In this document: piece after piece, positions 1 to 10,484 of the stretch
Position numbering within the stretch: the first letter of the stretch is position 1
How the letters are laid out: each line of letters starts with the position of its first letter
Assembly (NCBI GenBank): GCA_000004985.1
Contig: GG738878.1
Reading direction: 5' to 3' (one strand)
Source: Naegleria gruberi
Lineage: Eukaryota
Length of the DNA stretch: 64,000 nt
The notes under the pieces: generated by a model
The model's database searches: none
The model's input: the letters and a program-made list of their open reading frames with translations, nothing else
Told to the model about the DNA's origin: nothing
Made by a program: the position numbers and the translations under genes

Positions 1-543
1 AACATTACAGAAGCAGAGGATGATGAAAAGGTTGGAGCATTTACTGATAGAGACTTAGTTGATCTTTATAATGATGATTTCAAGTTTGAAGAATCAGGAA
101 AGATTGCCTTCTATTCAGATGTTAGACCAGAACTGTTTTATTATAGACTTTGTAGAGTTTCTTTGTATCAAAGACATACTAACATTCTCATCCAACTTTT
201 GAACCACATGCAACTCATCGCCAAGGTTCAACCACATAGTATCAAATATTTCTCTAAAATTGTCCTTCGTTACTTGTCAACAACAGGCAGAAAGAGAGTT
301 GTGTACTTCTTTGAGGTATTGGACAAACTTTTACAAGAGTATAAGAAGGGAACTAGGATTGTATTTTTGGAAATTCTTGCTAGGAAATATCTTGGTGCCG
401 TTGAAAAACTAGCCGATTTTATTACTCAACAAAGAATTGAGAATTACATAAGATACAGAGGTGAAGATTTACAAGATCCTTCATTCAACTATGTACCAAA
501 CTTTAATCAAATTTTGAAAGAACTCGCAACTATTAAAGTATAA
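1..543 (+). CDS. 3' end of a protein-coding gene that begins upstream of the window; product unknown
   Basis: Frame 1 is open from the first base (NITEAEDDEKVGAF...) and is continuous with the listed 163..543 ORF. Stop TAA at 541-543. No recognisable domain. Confidence 0.45.
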   Translation, partial: NITEAEDDEKVGAFTDRDLVDLYNDDFKFEESGKIAFYSDVRPELFYYRLCRVSLYQRHTNILIQLLNHMQLIAKVQPHSIKYFSKIVLRYLSTTGRKRVVYFFEVLDKLLQEYKKGTRIVFLEILARKYLGAVEKLADFITQQRIENYIRYRGEDLQDPSFNYVPNFNQILKELATIKV

Positions 544-549
544 TAGCTT

Positions 550-3500
550 TTATTTGTTCATTTTGTGTAGCACTGATATCAATTCGTGAGTACTGTCAAC
601 ATTCAACACAATATCCTCATATTGATTACCGAAACTGAACCAAGATCCTGAACTGACAACCCTTATTACTACACTTTCCTTCTCTCCAGGTTTGACTTGG
701 AAAATACTCTTACTGTCATAGGACCAAACAATCTTAATATTTTCCATAATTACTTCTGTTGGAGGTGGATTTCCAACAGAATAAACCTTATCGCCTTCAG
801 TACATTCAACTTTAAATAAGTGTTTATCACCAACGAGAATGATTGCAGGAGTGTTTGTGAAGAAATGTTTCACATAGGTGGTTTCTCCAAATGATGGATC
901 TTTTCTAATCAAATTGTACACATAATTTCCGAAAGCAAGATTCTGGTCGTACGGGTTTAATTTCTTATCTGCACCAACATATCTTGGGAATCTCTTTCTG
1001 GTAACATTGGCATCTCTATCGAAATATTGGGTTGTGTTTTTGAGACCTTCACTTGTTTTGTAGACGAAATCTAAAACACCAGTTACAGGCTTAACTGGAA
1101 TTCCAATTATTCCTTTTCCAATGCCTTTGAAAAAACCTGAAACACCTTCCTTGCTTGCACCTTCGATTGGTTTAGTAAAAATACCAGTACCTGCTTCAAA
1201 TAAACCGAGAGAAAGTGATTGTGCACCTGATAGAATTCCTTCACCAATGTGTTTAGGTCTCTTGCTCAAATGATTGGCCTCCTTTCTCTTAACTTGATAG
1301 TCTTCATCCATAGTCAAAAGACTAATACCATTACTAATTGATTCGGTTACCTTTGATGCTGTATTAAAAGTGCCATGAATTGAATGCTTGAAGAAAGAAG
1401 TAGTTCCCTTGGCCAGTCCTAGTGTAAAATCTTTTGGAGATTTAGTAATTCCTTCCATAGGTTCATAGAAAAGATCGTAGACACCCTTATCTATATCGTT
1501 GAATAGACCAATAGGATTGCCTAAAATATCAAAGCTGCCGAGTATTGCAAACATTTCCTGAATAGCATATCTTGTGTAATGAGATTTCACATTTTCCATG
1601 AGTTGGAATCTAGAAGTTAGAGGAGGATGGTTTAGAATTAAAGCATTTAGTCTGATTGGAGCTTCGTCGACATTCATACTCAATCTTGCTCCTAATGTTC
1701 TCAGCAAAATTGAAAGATCAGAATCTGATTCTGTAGAAATTTCATTGAAGACAAAGCTTAAATCGACCTTGATTGGATGCAATTCAAAGTATTCAAAATA
1801 GATCATTCTATCACTTTGAGGATTTGAGTAAATATTGTGGTCAAAATCAGGTATGATTTCATCGATTTCAGATTCTGCACTAGTATCTATTTTAGAAAGA
1901 ACGATTTGTTTTTCATTATTAACCTTCTTTCCTTTCAGGGATTTAACCATTTCAAATACTTCATGGGCAAATCTAAAGTCAACAGAAAGCTTAGCCTCTT
2001 GCATCAATAATGAAAGATATGGAATGTAATCAAAATCTTTTTCTTTGGTATCTATAATCATACTAAAGTGAAGGAAATCTCTTAATCCAAGTTTGTTGGC
2101 ATTTGTTAAAAGTATTGGGAATGTGCAATTTTCCATTTGATTATCAATACTAAGTCTATTCATCTTGAATTCCAAAAACTGTTTGTTCTTATCGGTCACA
2201 TTAAAGTTAAATGATAAACTTTCGGCTAGCATGTAAAGAAGTTCTTTCTGGAGATGGTTAATGATAGATATTCCAATTCCTTTCAAAAAAACAAAGGATT
2301 GAATCAAATCAGTTTGGGACTCTTCTTCTTCATTTTCTATTTCTGGAAGAACTTCTTGTTCTGAAAATTTCTCTAAAATACTGATAACTCTTGTGTAACC
2401 TCTGTAGGTAGTCAAGCGAATTAATACCTTCTTTTTAAGTTGGCTGATCGTAATTATCTTACTCTTCTTTACCTTGTCGATATCAATGGCACCTAGCTTG
2501 TACTTATCAGCAAGGGTAACATGAATAGAATGTTTGGATTTGATATCTGGTGCAGTATAAGGAATAGTTTGGTTAGGACTAATTGAAATGTACTCGCCAG
2601 TGTAAACTTGTGATACAGATATAGAGTGTGTTGTCTTGTTCACTATAAAGTAAGGGGGTAAAGCTGCCCTTGTGAAATGTACATGAACACAGCCATTTGT
2701 TTCAGTAATTTTTGCAGTTATAAAGTTACCATTAACTATTAATGGAATTTCACCAAGTGTATCAATAGTAAATGGTGTTGACCACTCTGATAATACATCT
2801 CCTGTCTTTAATCGAACACATATCATAGGAGTCTTCTTTCTGTAGAAGTGCATTAAAAGTGGATTGTCAACTTTGATAGTTTCCATCTCTTCAGCATTCA
2901 TTGTCCAATAGAAGTGGCATGGTTTTGTTTGTTGAATTGAATAAATGTGAGTCTCATCCCCAAATTGTTTAGCTTCAATTTCCAATGATTTGTTGTCTTT
3001 TGAATACAGTCCATTCACAAGTAAATATCTTGGTGTAATGATTACTACCTTTGTTCTCTCGTACTTTTCATTAGCCAACGTTACAAATGTTCCCAATTTG
3101 AGTGGTACTTTGCTTTTATCAGAAGCATGCTGTAACACCACCTCAGAGGATGCACCAACAGAATCGATAGAAAATGGTGGTGATGAAAATCCATCACTTG
3201 TTTTAAGGACAACCTTCTTGCTAAATATTAGAGATTTTTCATCTGTATAATTAAACATTAGAGATTCCTTATTATTTACGGTTGTTTTACAACCAAGTAA
3301 ACAATTTTCTTTTGATGAATCCTCAACCTCTATTGAAAAGTCAGTGTAATTCATGATCAAATAAGGACAGTGTACAACAATTTTCAAATAGGTATTGGAA
3401 GTACTTGTAACATCATATTTGAGATTCAAAATTCTTCCTGTAGTGTAAAAATTGGAAAAATTGAGAGATATGTCTTCTTGTTCTGTACTGGAGTTTGAAT

Positions 3501-6500
3501 AAATTAAATTAATATCCTTGGTTTGCCATCCTTGAATAATGGTTTGAATCCATAGTTTAGGTTTTTGCATATCAATCTTGTAAACAAAATGTGTATCACC
3601 TTTCTTAATGAATCCATTATATTTAGCAATTTTGATATTTTCATCCTTAGTGGAAGAACCAAAGAGTGCAAACTGCAAATCTTCTTGAAGTACATTTTGA
3701 ATTGCAAGTGGTGGTATAATATTAATCTTAGTCATCTTATTATGACTGGATTTAGAGTTCAAAATGCAATAAAAGTGGTCTTTCTTATTTGTTGCGTGTT
3801 TGTTCTGAGTAATAATGGTCTTTGCATGGGATTTACGAAGTGTAGAAATGGAATAAAGAAGAGGATCATTTCTTGACCACTTGTACTCACTATGTTCACT
3901 GTTGAGATCCTTGCAAGGTCTTAGAGTGAGAGTAGCATTTTCAACAACCAAATTAGTTGGTAAATAAATGGATTTAAATGGAGAGAGGACCCCAAGAGAA
4001 ACGACTTGTTCACCAATGAAACAACCTAATTGCCAAACTCTATCAGTCTTGTTTCTAATCTTACATCCACTGTGTACAATAATAGTTTTTCTCTTGTTCT
4101 TGTCTTTGATTTCAATAAATACATGATGTTCCAATTGTCCAAATTCTTTGTTAGATACCAGTATTGAATATCCGTGGATTCCATCTTTGTTAGCAAGAAC
4201 CTTTATGATTGTTCCTTCAATATTAAGATCTAAATATTGGTTTCTATCAGAATAGGAAGGAGGGAAAGAGAAATGGATTTCCTGATCTTGCTCAAGAGCA
4301 GTAACTTCGTTGGTAATCTTGAAAGAGGCTTTCAAGCCAGATTTGTTGATTATATTAAATGGTTCAAAGGTAACTGCCAACTCCTTCTGTTTTACAGTGT
4401 CTTGTTCAAGCTCTTTGATCCATGCTTTGGCAGTGCTCACCACAGTTTCCAAAGCAGAATATGTTATATTTAGGTTGATAACATCTTCACATTCAATTTG
4501 AACGATGTGGTTTGGTGATTCCTTTTGGTTTTGATATACGCAATGGATTGGAATTTTGTTCTTTTCAATTATTGGTTCCCATTCTGCATTCTTAAAATTG
4601 TAACAATCACCATAGGCAAGGAATTCTAAATAGGCAGAAATATGATTATCCTGTGGTCCCAAAGACTTGATAAGTGAGTTTAACTTAAATCCTCCCAACT
4701 GCAGTTTCACAATTGGAATGTCAAAACCACTCAGGTCATCCACAACCAATATACTAATAGACTTTAAATCTACAATAATCTTGTTAACGAGCATCTTTGG
4801 AAGAAGCTCATCACTGATCATTTCCTTAAAGTCTTTTGCAATTATAGATTTAGGTTTTGCTTCTGCAAGAGCACACTGCTCAATTATTTGGGTAATGTCT
4901 TCTTCAACTAAAATGGATGGTTTTTCCATTTGTCTCTTGAATTGTTGTGCAATATTATAAAACATTTTAACATCAAAGTAGGAAAGTCTGGTATTACCAC
5001 CCCTCAATAATAAAACTTTGATTATTCGTTCTTCCTTATCTTCTTGACTGGAAATTCTCATAATGTCTATATCTACATCAGTACTATCTACAAGAGGAAG
5101 GGTTCTATTTCCATGCTCAACCAAAATACTCAATCCTGATATTTTGAAAATGCCCTTCTCAGAGAGACCTCCTTCAGTGGATTTAAAGTCAATAGAACTG
5201 CTGAATTTAAGAACAAGAAGTCTACTGTTGACATCGCTTGAAGCTTCAGGTATTACTAGTTGTGGCGTTCCAAAGTCACCCTTCAAAAGCAGTGATGAAG
5301 AGGATGGTTTAAGTAACTTATTATTTTCTTCCAAAACAACTTCATATTGGGAAATATCGTCAATATTTGTTCCAACCATCAGTAGTTCAGCTAATCTGTC
5401 ATTTTGGAAATATTTGGTATCCGAGAAGAAGTGTCTAAAATCTAGTAATAACTCTGGAATAATTACTAGTTTAGGGTTGCTGAGCTTTAGGTTTACAGTT
5501 TCTACCAAGTTTGTTTTGTCATTCTCATAAATCATAGAAAAACAACCATTTGGATCCGAGAATTCAATAAAATTACTAAATACGTTGGTTGTATCTTGTC
5601 TCATATCAGATGCAATGATAGATCCCAAAGTCATATTCATGTGGATACAATCATTGATATCAATCTTGTTATTAAGTTGAAAGTTTGATACAGATAGTTT
5701 AGCAAAGTTTGAACCATTACTCTTTAAAATTAAAAGTGAAATATTTGGAGCCGTAACATAAACATCTGTTATAATAATATTAGAAGAAAATTTTTCAATT
5801 GTCTTTTCTGAAGAAACCCTCTTCAAAAGGAGATCTTTCTTTTTTCTTCTAGTAACCAATGTTCCAATAGATTTGTAGAATTTTCTCTCCTCATTAACAT
5901 CTCTCATACCATCTCTGATATTACCATTAATGAAGTCAAAAATGATTTGATACTGTCTGTGTGTAAGATTAAAGTTAATTTCTGAAAAATCAACAAATAC
6001 CACTTCCTTGGTTATATCAAACTCATTATTGTCTTTTGTTTTGGTGAAAGGAGTAATAATTGGTTTTTTGACATCAACTTTGATGAAAATATCAGAAACA
6101 ATTTTTTCGTGATCGTTCGATGCATCTGAAATAAATTCTAGCATGATATCGTTCAACAATACACTAACATGATCGATGGGAGTATCTGAATTTCCTTCTA
6201 AAAAGTTTTCTACAACCAAATTTCCCAAATGAGCAAGGAAGTGGTCTTTAGATTGAAAGTTGGATGGGAAAATCACCACAGGACTTGTTATTTTGATATT
6301 TAGCTTAATTTGGTTGTTAATGATTCTCTTACTAATTATATCCTTTCCCTTTAGGCCAACTTCAGCTAACTTGTTTCTAGTACTTTCTCTTTTCAAAGCA
6401 TTTAACAGAGGGCCTGATATGTAGTTCTGTGCTTTGTGGTAGAATCTTTGAATGTGCACATATTTAATGGCACTGGTATCCATAGATAAAAATTGTCGAT

Positions 6501-9500
6501 AATTGATTGCTCCTCTTTGTATCAAATCTCTATCACCTTCTTTCTCAGCGAAAAGTTCAGAGGCAGATGCACTGGAGAAAACATATTTGTAATTCAGAGT
6601 GACCACAGAACCTTTGGTCTGATCATAGAGGCCAAGAATTTCCTTGTAAAGAGATGTAGGTTCACTAAGATCCAACAGTTGGATATTTCTTAAACTTCCA
6701 GAAATCGCAACGCTATCTAAATCAATTAGGCATGATATAGTGGTACCAGCATTGATTAATAATTGGGCTATGGTTATACCATTGCTTAGGATAAATACAT
6801 TGGACTCTCCAGCTGTAATTGATGTTGTAAGAAGTTTGCAACTTTCTTGATTACCATCCAATAGCATTTTGGCTATTTCACTAAACTGTTGACCAGCATC
6901 TACTTCATCCTCATCAGGAACATAAGAATAATAATTAATCTTGTTAAAGGCTGATATTTGATCGATAATATCTTGCAAGTCGTAACCGTAGTCAATAAAA
7001 GTAGAGAGAATGGAGGGCTCAACAAAACATTGTAAGCTCTTGAACTCGATTTTGAGTAACATTTGAGAAGAAGGATCATAAATTAAAGAGGTAGGATCTG
7101 TAGATCTGGTGAATGAAACATTGACCAAGTGTTCTTCTGGATTGTTTTCATCTTCTATTGATTTGATAATGTAAAATTCTCTATCTTGCAAAATTTCTGA
7201 TTTTACGTTCATAGAGTGAAGGAATAATTGAATGTTGGTATCCAGATTGTGGTACTGTCGGAAATAAGCGTTCAGATGGGAAAAGTGAATAGAAGCCAAG
7301 TTGAAACTTTGATGAGAAAGAGTCAGTATGAATGAATTCAACTTGAATCTTATGGCTATGAGTACACCTTGTTTTTCTTCCTCCTCATCATCTTCATCGT
7401 CAGAAAAGCTTGCTTCTTTCAAAATATCAGTAATATCATCAATAAAGAAGCTTGTATCGAATGAGTAAATAAACATTCTTAGGGTTGTGATCCAATTTTC
7501 TGTTTCATCCAGAGATGAACATTTGAATTGAATAAATTTCGTTTGATAACCCTTCTTTTGTGGAAGTTCCAATATAAATGTATTTTCTATAGTGTCTGAT
7601 TTGTGTACTTTGGTATGCTTGTTCAAATGTATAATAACATGAAGAAGTCTTGTATCTTCTGTATAAATAAATATCTTCTTAGTACTGCTCACTTCTACGA
7701 AGTAAGGCACAAATTCATTATCTTCATGATTGACTTGTAGAGTTCCCATAATTTTCAAGTCGTTAATTTTCTCCTTTGTACCAGTTGGGTTTTGTTTGAA
7801 TTCTGCTACTAATTGTGTCAACTTTGAAACAGCAAGCATACTCTCTTTGGAAAGAATAAAGTTAATCTTTGGAATATCAAGCAAGAGTTGAACTTTTTCT
7901 TCCACGGTTTCTTCTTTGTGTTTAATAGCACTTGCTGCCAGTGAGGTCTTTTCTAAAATAACATCATATGTAGTAATTTGTTGTTGGTCTGTCAGATATC
8001 CAATAGCATTAATATCTTTAGGAACAACAATTTCCATATTTTCCAGATTGATATCGAACTTTTCTCTGGAAGCTATGCTAGTATCTTTACGCAGTTTGAG
8101 CAATCCAAAATCAAGTAAAAGGAATCTACTGTCAGGATCTGTTGGATTCCAAGGAATGATGATTTGTGGAGCCTTGATATCGAAGGTTAGATCCACAGTG
8201 GTGTCATCTTGCATAAGAACTTCCTTAATCTCCTTTTTGGCCAATTTAGATACTTTCTTGATATGCCTCTTGGCTTCTTTTTCTAAGCGTTTGATATTGA
8301 CATTGTCAAAGTATAAGAATGAAAGTATTCTTTGGAAAAATTCAAAGTTAACTACAATATCGATTTGATTAAGAGCTACCGTCAAATAAATATCACTCTC
8401 TTCATTCTTTTTCTCCAAAGTAGATCGCTTCTCAATGTACAAAGAAAGAAGGTTAGAGGAAGTTTCATTGTACCTTTTAGATTTTGTAATAATTTCAGGA
8501 TAAAGAGTTTGCTTGAATCTATCGAATAATGTTAAATTACCCATAGAAGAACAAACTTTGAATGCTTTGTGAGGTAAAATTTGAATATCTGATACGAATC
8601 TATCTACTTCAAGTTCTAGTAAATCATTTCTTTCGTGATAGACCCTAAATGCTACCTTGGCCAAATCTACGTGGACTCTAACCTTTACATAGTCATCAGG
8701 TATTTCAACGGGTTTCTCTTCATAACCTATAGATTTGTACAGTTCTTCTTTCACCTTATCAGAAAGCTCAATAGCCTTTGCTTGTAGTTTATCTTTCGAG
8801 AACCAGCTTGATTTCTTTTTATGCTCTTCGAAATTCTTTGCTTCCTGATTAATTTCCTTATGTGCACACTTTCTGAAGAACAGAACTTCCTGCAGTGTTC
8901 TTTGATCTTCCAGCTCAGCTAATCTCTTCTCTTCATCTGGGCTGAGCTTTTGCTTGGTTACCCACGGAACTTTTACATGAGTTTTGTAAAGCTTGACGTA
9001 TTCTTTACAATGTAAGCTCAAAATATTTTCATAATGTTGCTTTTTCTTGTCCATTTGTCTCTGAAAATTAACACATTTGAGGGCATACTTCCAATAAGAA
9101 ATGGGGTCAAATTTCTCAGGTCTAAAATGTCGGTATTGGCTTTGGATTGAATAATTTGTAATATATTCCACAATTTTAAAAATGGAATTATACTGATTCT
9201 GACTCAAACACATCTGAATATCATGCACAAAGTGAAAATCAAAATTAAAAACTGGTCTTGTAAAATCTATCCCTGAAGCGGAGAGCTTTTGCATAGTAAG
9301 CTTCAAAAATCCGTCTACTGGTTCCAACAAGTACACTCTGTCATTGGCTTTGATAATGCTCTGTATTATGTCTCTATCGCAAACTTTCTTTTCTATACAT
9401 GTATTTACAAAATCTTCTTTCTCTGTCCAAGGATTCAAATATATCGCCAGCTTGGACATGGTCAATAATTTATAAGTTAATTCTCCTAAATTTTTCTGAA

Positions 9501-10080
9501 ATTTAGTTTCAAAGTTTTCATTTGTAGAATTTACTTCCATACTCTCTAAATAAAATCCACCAACACAGTTATTATCATCTTGATATCGGATATGAATATT
9601 CTCAATTTTAATCTTTAAATTATTTAAAACTGTTTCTATCAACTTGTCGAAAAATCCTTCTTCTGTTTTTTCATCACCTGTACTAGCTGCTGCCTTTTCT
9701 GCTTTGGCAGCTTCTTGTTTTTCAAATTGATCCAATACGTGTTTTTTTAAATCTCGTTGCCTTTGTTTTTCCTCTTCTTCAACAAATGGTCTTCTCATCT
9801 TCGGACGAAGAACAATATATACATCCTTCAATCTACAAACAACAGATTTAGCATTTAAACTTGTATAGGGAACATCAAATTCAAGAAGGGATATGTGACT
9901 AAAAGAAATATAAAAAGGTATTGAATCCGAAATATTATCCAAAGCATACTCCTTCAATTTAATATCATTCAAAGAAGCAACACCTTTCAATACAGCAATA
10001 TTTAAATTCTTCCGATCAAAATTATCAACATATTGTTGCAAGTATGGTACAAGCAAACTAGATACAATATTCTCAATCAT
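550..10080 (-). CDS. VPS13: VPS13-family bulk lipid-transfer protein (3176 aa, single exon)
   Basis: Uninterrupted 9.5-kb ORF. The N-terminus MIENIVSSLLVPYLQQYVDNFDRKNLNIAVLKGVASLNDIKLKEYALD matches the chorein-N motif of VPS13/ATG2. The C-terminal region (DLFYEPMEGITKSPKDFTLGLAKGTTSFFKHSIHGTF..., then a PH-like end) matches the VPS13 C-terminal ATG-C/PH region. ATG at 10080 sits in an A-rich context. Confidence 0.85.
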   Translation of the reverse strand: MIENIVSSLLVPYLQQYVDNFDRKNLNIAVLKGVASLNDIKLKEYALDNISDSIPFYISFSHISLLEFDVPYTSLNAKSVVCRLKDVYIVLRPKMRRPFVEEEEKQRQRDLKKHVLDQFEKQEAAKAEKAAASTGDEKTEEGFFDKLIETVLNNLKIKIENIHIRYQDDNNCVGGFYLESMEVNSTNENFETKFQKNLGELTYKLLTMSKLAIYLNPWTEKEDFVNTCIEKKVCDRDIIQSIIKANDRVYLLEPVDGFLKLTMQKLSASGIDFTRPVFNFDFHFVHDIQMCLSQNQYNSIFKIVEYITNYSIQSQYRHFRPEKFDPISYWKYALKCVNFQRQMDKKKQHYENILSLHCKEYVKLYKTHVKVPWVTKQKLSPDEEKRLAELEDQRTLQEVLFFRKCAHKEINQEAKNFEEHKKKSSWFSKDKLQAKAIELSDKVKEELYKSIGYEEKPVEIPDDYVKVRVHVDLAKVAFRVYHERNDLLELEVDRFVSDIQILPHKAFKVCSSMGNLTLFDRFKQTLYPEIITKSKRYNETSSNLLSLYIEKRSTLEKKNEESDIYLTVALNQIDIVVNFEFFQRILSFLYFDNVNIKRLEKEAKRHIKKVSKLAKKEIKEVLMQDDTTVDLTFDIKAPQIIIPWNPTDPDSRFLLLDFGLLKLRKDTSIASREKFDINLENMEIVVPKDINAIGYLTDQQQITTYDVILEKTSLAASAIKHKEETVEEKVQLLLDIPKINFILSKESMLAVSKLTQLVAEFKQNPTGTKEKINDLKIMGTLQVNHEDNEFVPYFVEVSSTKKIFIYTEDTRLLHVIIHLNKHTKVHKSDTIENTFILELPQKKGYQTKFIQFKCSSLDETENWITTLRMFIYSFDTSFFIDDITDILKEASFSDDEDDEEEEKQGVLIAIRFKLNSFILTLSHQSFNLASIHFSHLNAYFRQYHNLDTNIQLFLHSMNVKSEILQDREFYIIKSIEDENNPEEHLVNVSFTRSTDPTSLIYDPSSQMLLKIEFKSLQCFVEPSILSTFIDYGYDLQDIIDQISAFNKINYYSYVPDEDEVDAGQQFSEIAKMLLDGNQESCKLLTTSITAGESNVFILSNGITIAQLLINAGTTISCLIDLDSVAISGSLRNIQLLDLSEPTSLYKEILGLYDQTKGSVVTLNYKYVFSSASASELFAEKEGDRDLIQRGAINYRQFLSMDTSAIKYVHIQRFYHKAQNYISGPLLNALKRESTRNKLAEVGLKGKDIISKRIINNQIKLNIKITSPVVIFPSNFQSKDHFLAHLGNLVVENFLEGNSDTPIDHVSVLLNDIMLEFISDASNDHEKIVSDIFIKVDVKKPIITPFTKTKDNNEFDITKEVVFVDFSEINFNLTHRQYQIIFDFINGNIRDGMRDVNEERKFYKSIGTLVTRRKKKDLLLKRVSSEKTIEKFSSNIIITDVYVTAPNISLLILKSNGSNFAKLSVSNFQLNNKIDINDCIHMNMTLGSIIASDMRQDTTNVFSNFIEFSDPNGCFSMIYENDKTNLVETVNLKLSNPKLVIIPELLLDFRHFFSDTKYFQNDRLAELLMVGTNIDDISQYEVVLEENNKLLKPSSSSLLLKGDFGTPQLVIPEASSDVNSRLLVLKFSSSIDFKSTEGGLSEKGIFKISGLSILVEHGNRTLPLVDSTDVDIDIMRISSQEDKEERIIKVLLLRGGNTRLSYFDVKMFYNIAQQFKRQMEKPSILVEEDITQIIEQCALAEAKPKSIIAKDFKEMISDELLPKMLVNKIIVDLKSISILVVDDLSGFDIPIVKLQLGGFKLNSLIKSLGPQDNHISAYLEFLAYGDCYNFKNAEWEPIIEKNKIPIHCVYQNQKESPNHIVQIECEDVINLNITYSALETVVSTAKAWIKELEQDTVKQKELAVTFEPFNIINKSGLKASFKITNEVTALEQDQEIHFSFPPSYSDRNQYLDLNIEGTIIKVLANKDGIHGYSILVSNKEFGQLEHHVFIEIKDKNKRKTIIVHSGCKIRNKTDRVWQLGCFIGEQVVSLGVLSPFKSIYLPTNLVVENATLTLRPCKDLNSEHSEYKWSRNDPLLYSISTLRKSHAKTIITQNKHATNKKDHFYCILNSKSSHNKMTKINIIPPLAIQNVLQEDLQFALFGSSTKDENIKIAKYNGFIKKGDTHFVYKIDMQKPKLWIQTIIQGWQTKDINLIYSNSSTEQEDISLNFSNFYTTGRILNLKYDVTSTSNTYLKIVVHCPYLIMNYTDFSIEVEDSSKENCLLGCKTTVNNKESLMFNYTDEKSLIFSKKVVLKTSDGFSSPPFSIDSVGASSEVVLQHASDKSKVPLKLGTFVTLANEKYERTKVVIITPRYLLVNGLYSKDNKSLEIEAKQFGDETHIYSIQQTKPCHFYWTMNAEEMETIKVDNPLLMHFYRKKTPMICVRLKTGDVLSEWSTPFTIDTLGEIPLIVNGNFITAKITETNGCVHVHFTRAALPPYFIVNKTTHSISVSQVYTGEYISISPNQTIPYTAPDIKSKHSIHVTLADKYKLGAIDIDKVKKSKIITISQLKKKVLIRLTTYRGYTRVISILEKFSEQEVLPEIENEEEESQTDLIQSFVFLKGIGISIINHLQKELLYMLAESLSFNFNVTDKNKQFLEFKMNRLSIDNQMENCTFPILLTNANKLGLRDFLHFSMIIDTKEKDFDYIPYLSLLMQEAKLSVDFRFAHEVFEMVKSLKGKKVNNEKQIVLSKIDTSAESEIDEIIPDFDHNIYSNPQSDRMIYFEYFELHPIKVDLSFVFNEISTESDSDLSILLRTLGARLSMNVDEAPIRLNALILNHPPLTSRFQLMENVKSHYTRYAIQEMFAILGSFDILGNPIGLFNDIDKGVYDLFYEPMEGITKSPKDFTLGLAKGTTSFFKHSIHGTFNTASKVTESISNGISLLTMDEDYQVKRKEANHLSKRPKHIGEGILSGAQSLSLGLFEAGTGIFTKPIEGASKEGVSGFFKGIGKGIIGIPVKPVTGVLDFVYKTSEGLKNTTQYFDRDANVTRKRFPRYVGADKKLNPYDQNLAFGNYVYNLIRKDPSFGETTYVKHFFTNTPAIILVGDKHLFKVECTEGDKVYSVGNPPPTEVIMENIKIVWSYDSKSIFQVKPGEKESVVIRVVSSGSWFSFGNQYEDIVLNVDSTHELISVLHKMNK

Positions 10081-10484
10081 TTTTGCATTTTTTTTAAAAA
10101 TAAAAATTAAAAATAAATTAGATTCTACAAGTAAGTGATCTCAATCGGTGAGCATTGTAATTTTTGAACACGTATTGTAGTCTAATGAGAAAATCAAGAA
10201 TTTTTTTGGATGATCATTTTAGGCAATCAGGAAATGAAGAGCAAAAACATTTGCAAACCCATTTTGACTCGTTGTCACTTTTGTAATTAATTTTGAAGCT
10301 TCTTTAAACGATGCAATACTACTTGGAAAGCATTTTCCTTCTTTTGCCAAACCCCAACAAATCAACTTGCATCAATTACAGGCGGTATTATATTTCATAG
10401 AGATTCTTATCAAAAAAAACAAATCACATCACCACGCTTCTGCTGGAAGGATAAAGAGCACCAATTCATCAGAAGAAACACATC

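Noticed and set aside
1598-8529. Many 60-155-aa + strand ORFs inside the VPS13 locus (1598..1801, 2990..3250, 5063..5530, 7916..8368 etc.)
   Set aside because: They lie antisense to a 9.5-kb uninterrupted ORF with clear VPS13 homology. They have low-complexity S/L/I/F-rich translations typical of chance ORFs in AT-rich DNA. None has a motif.
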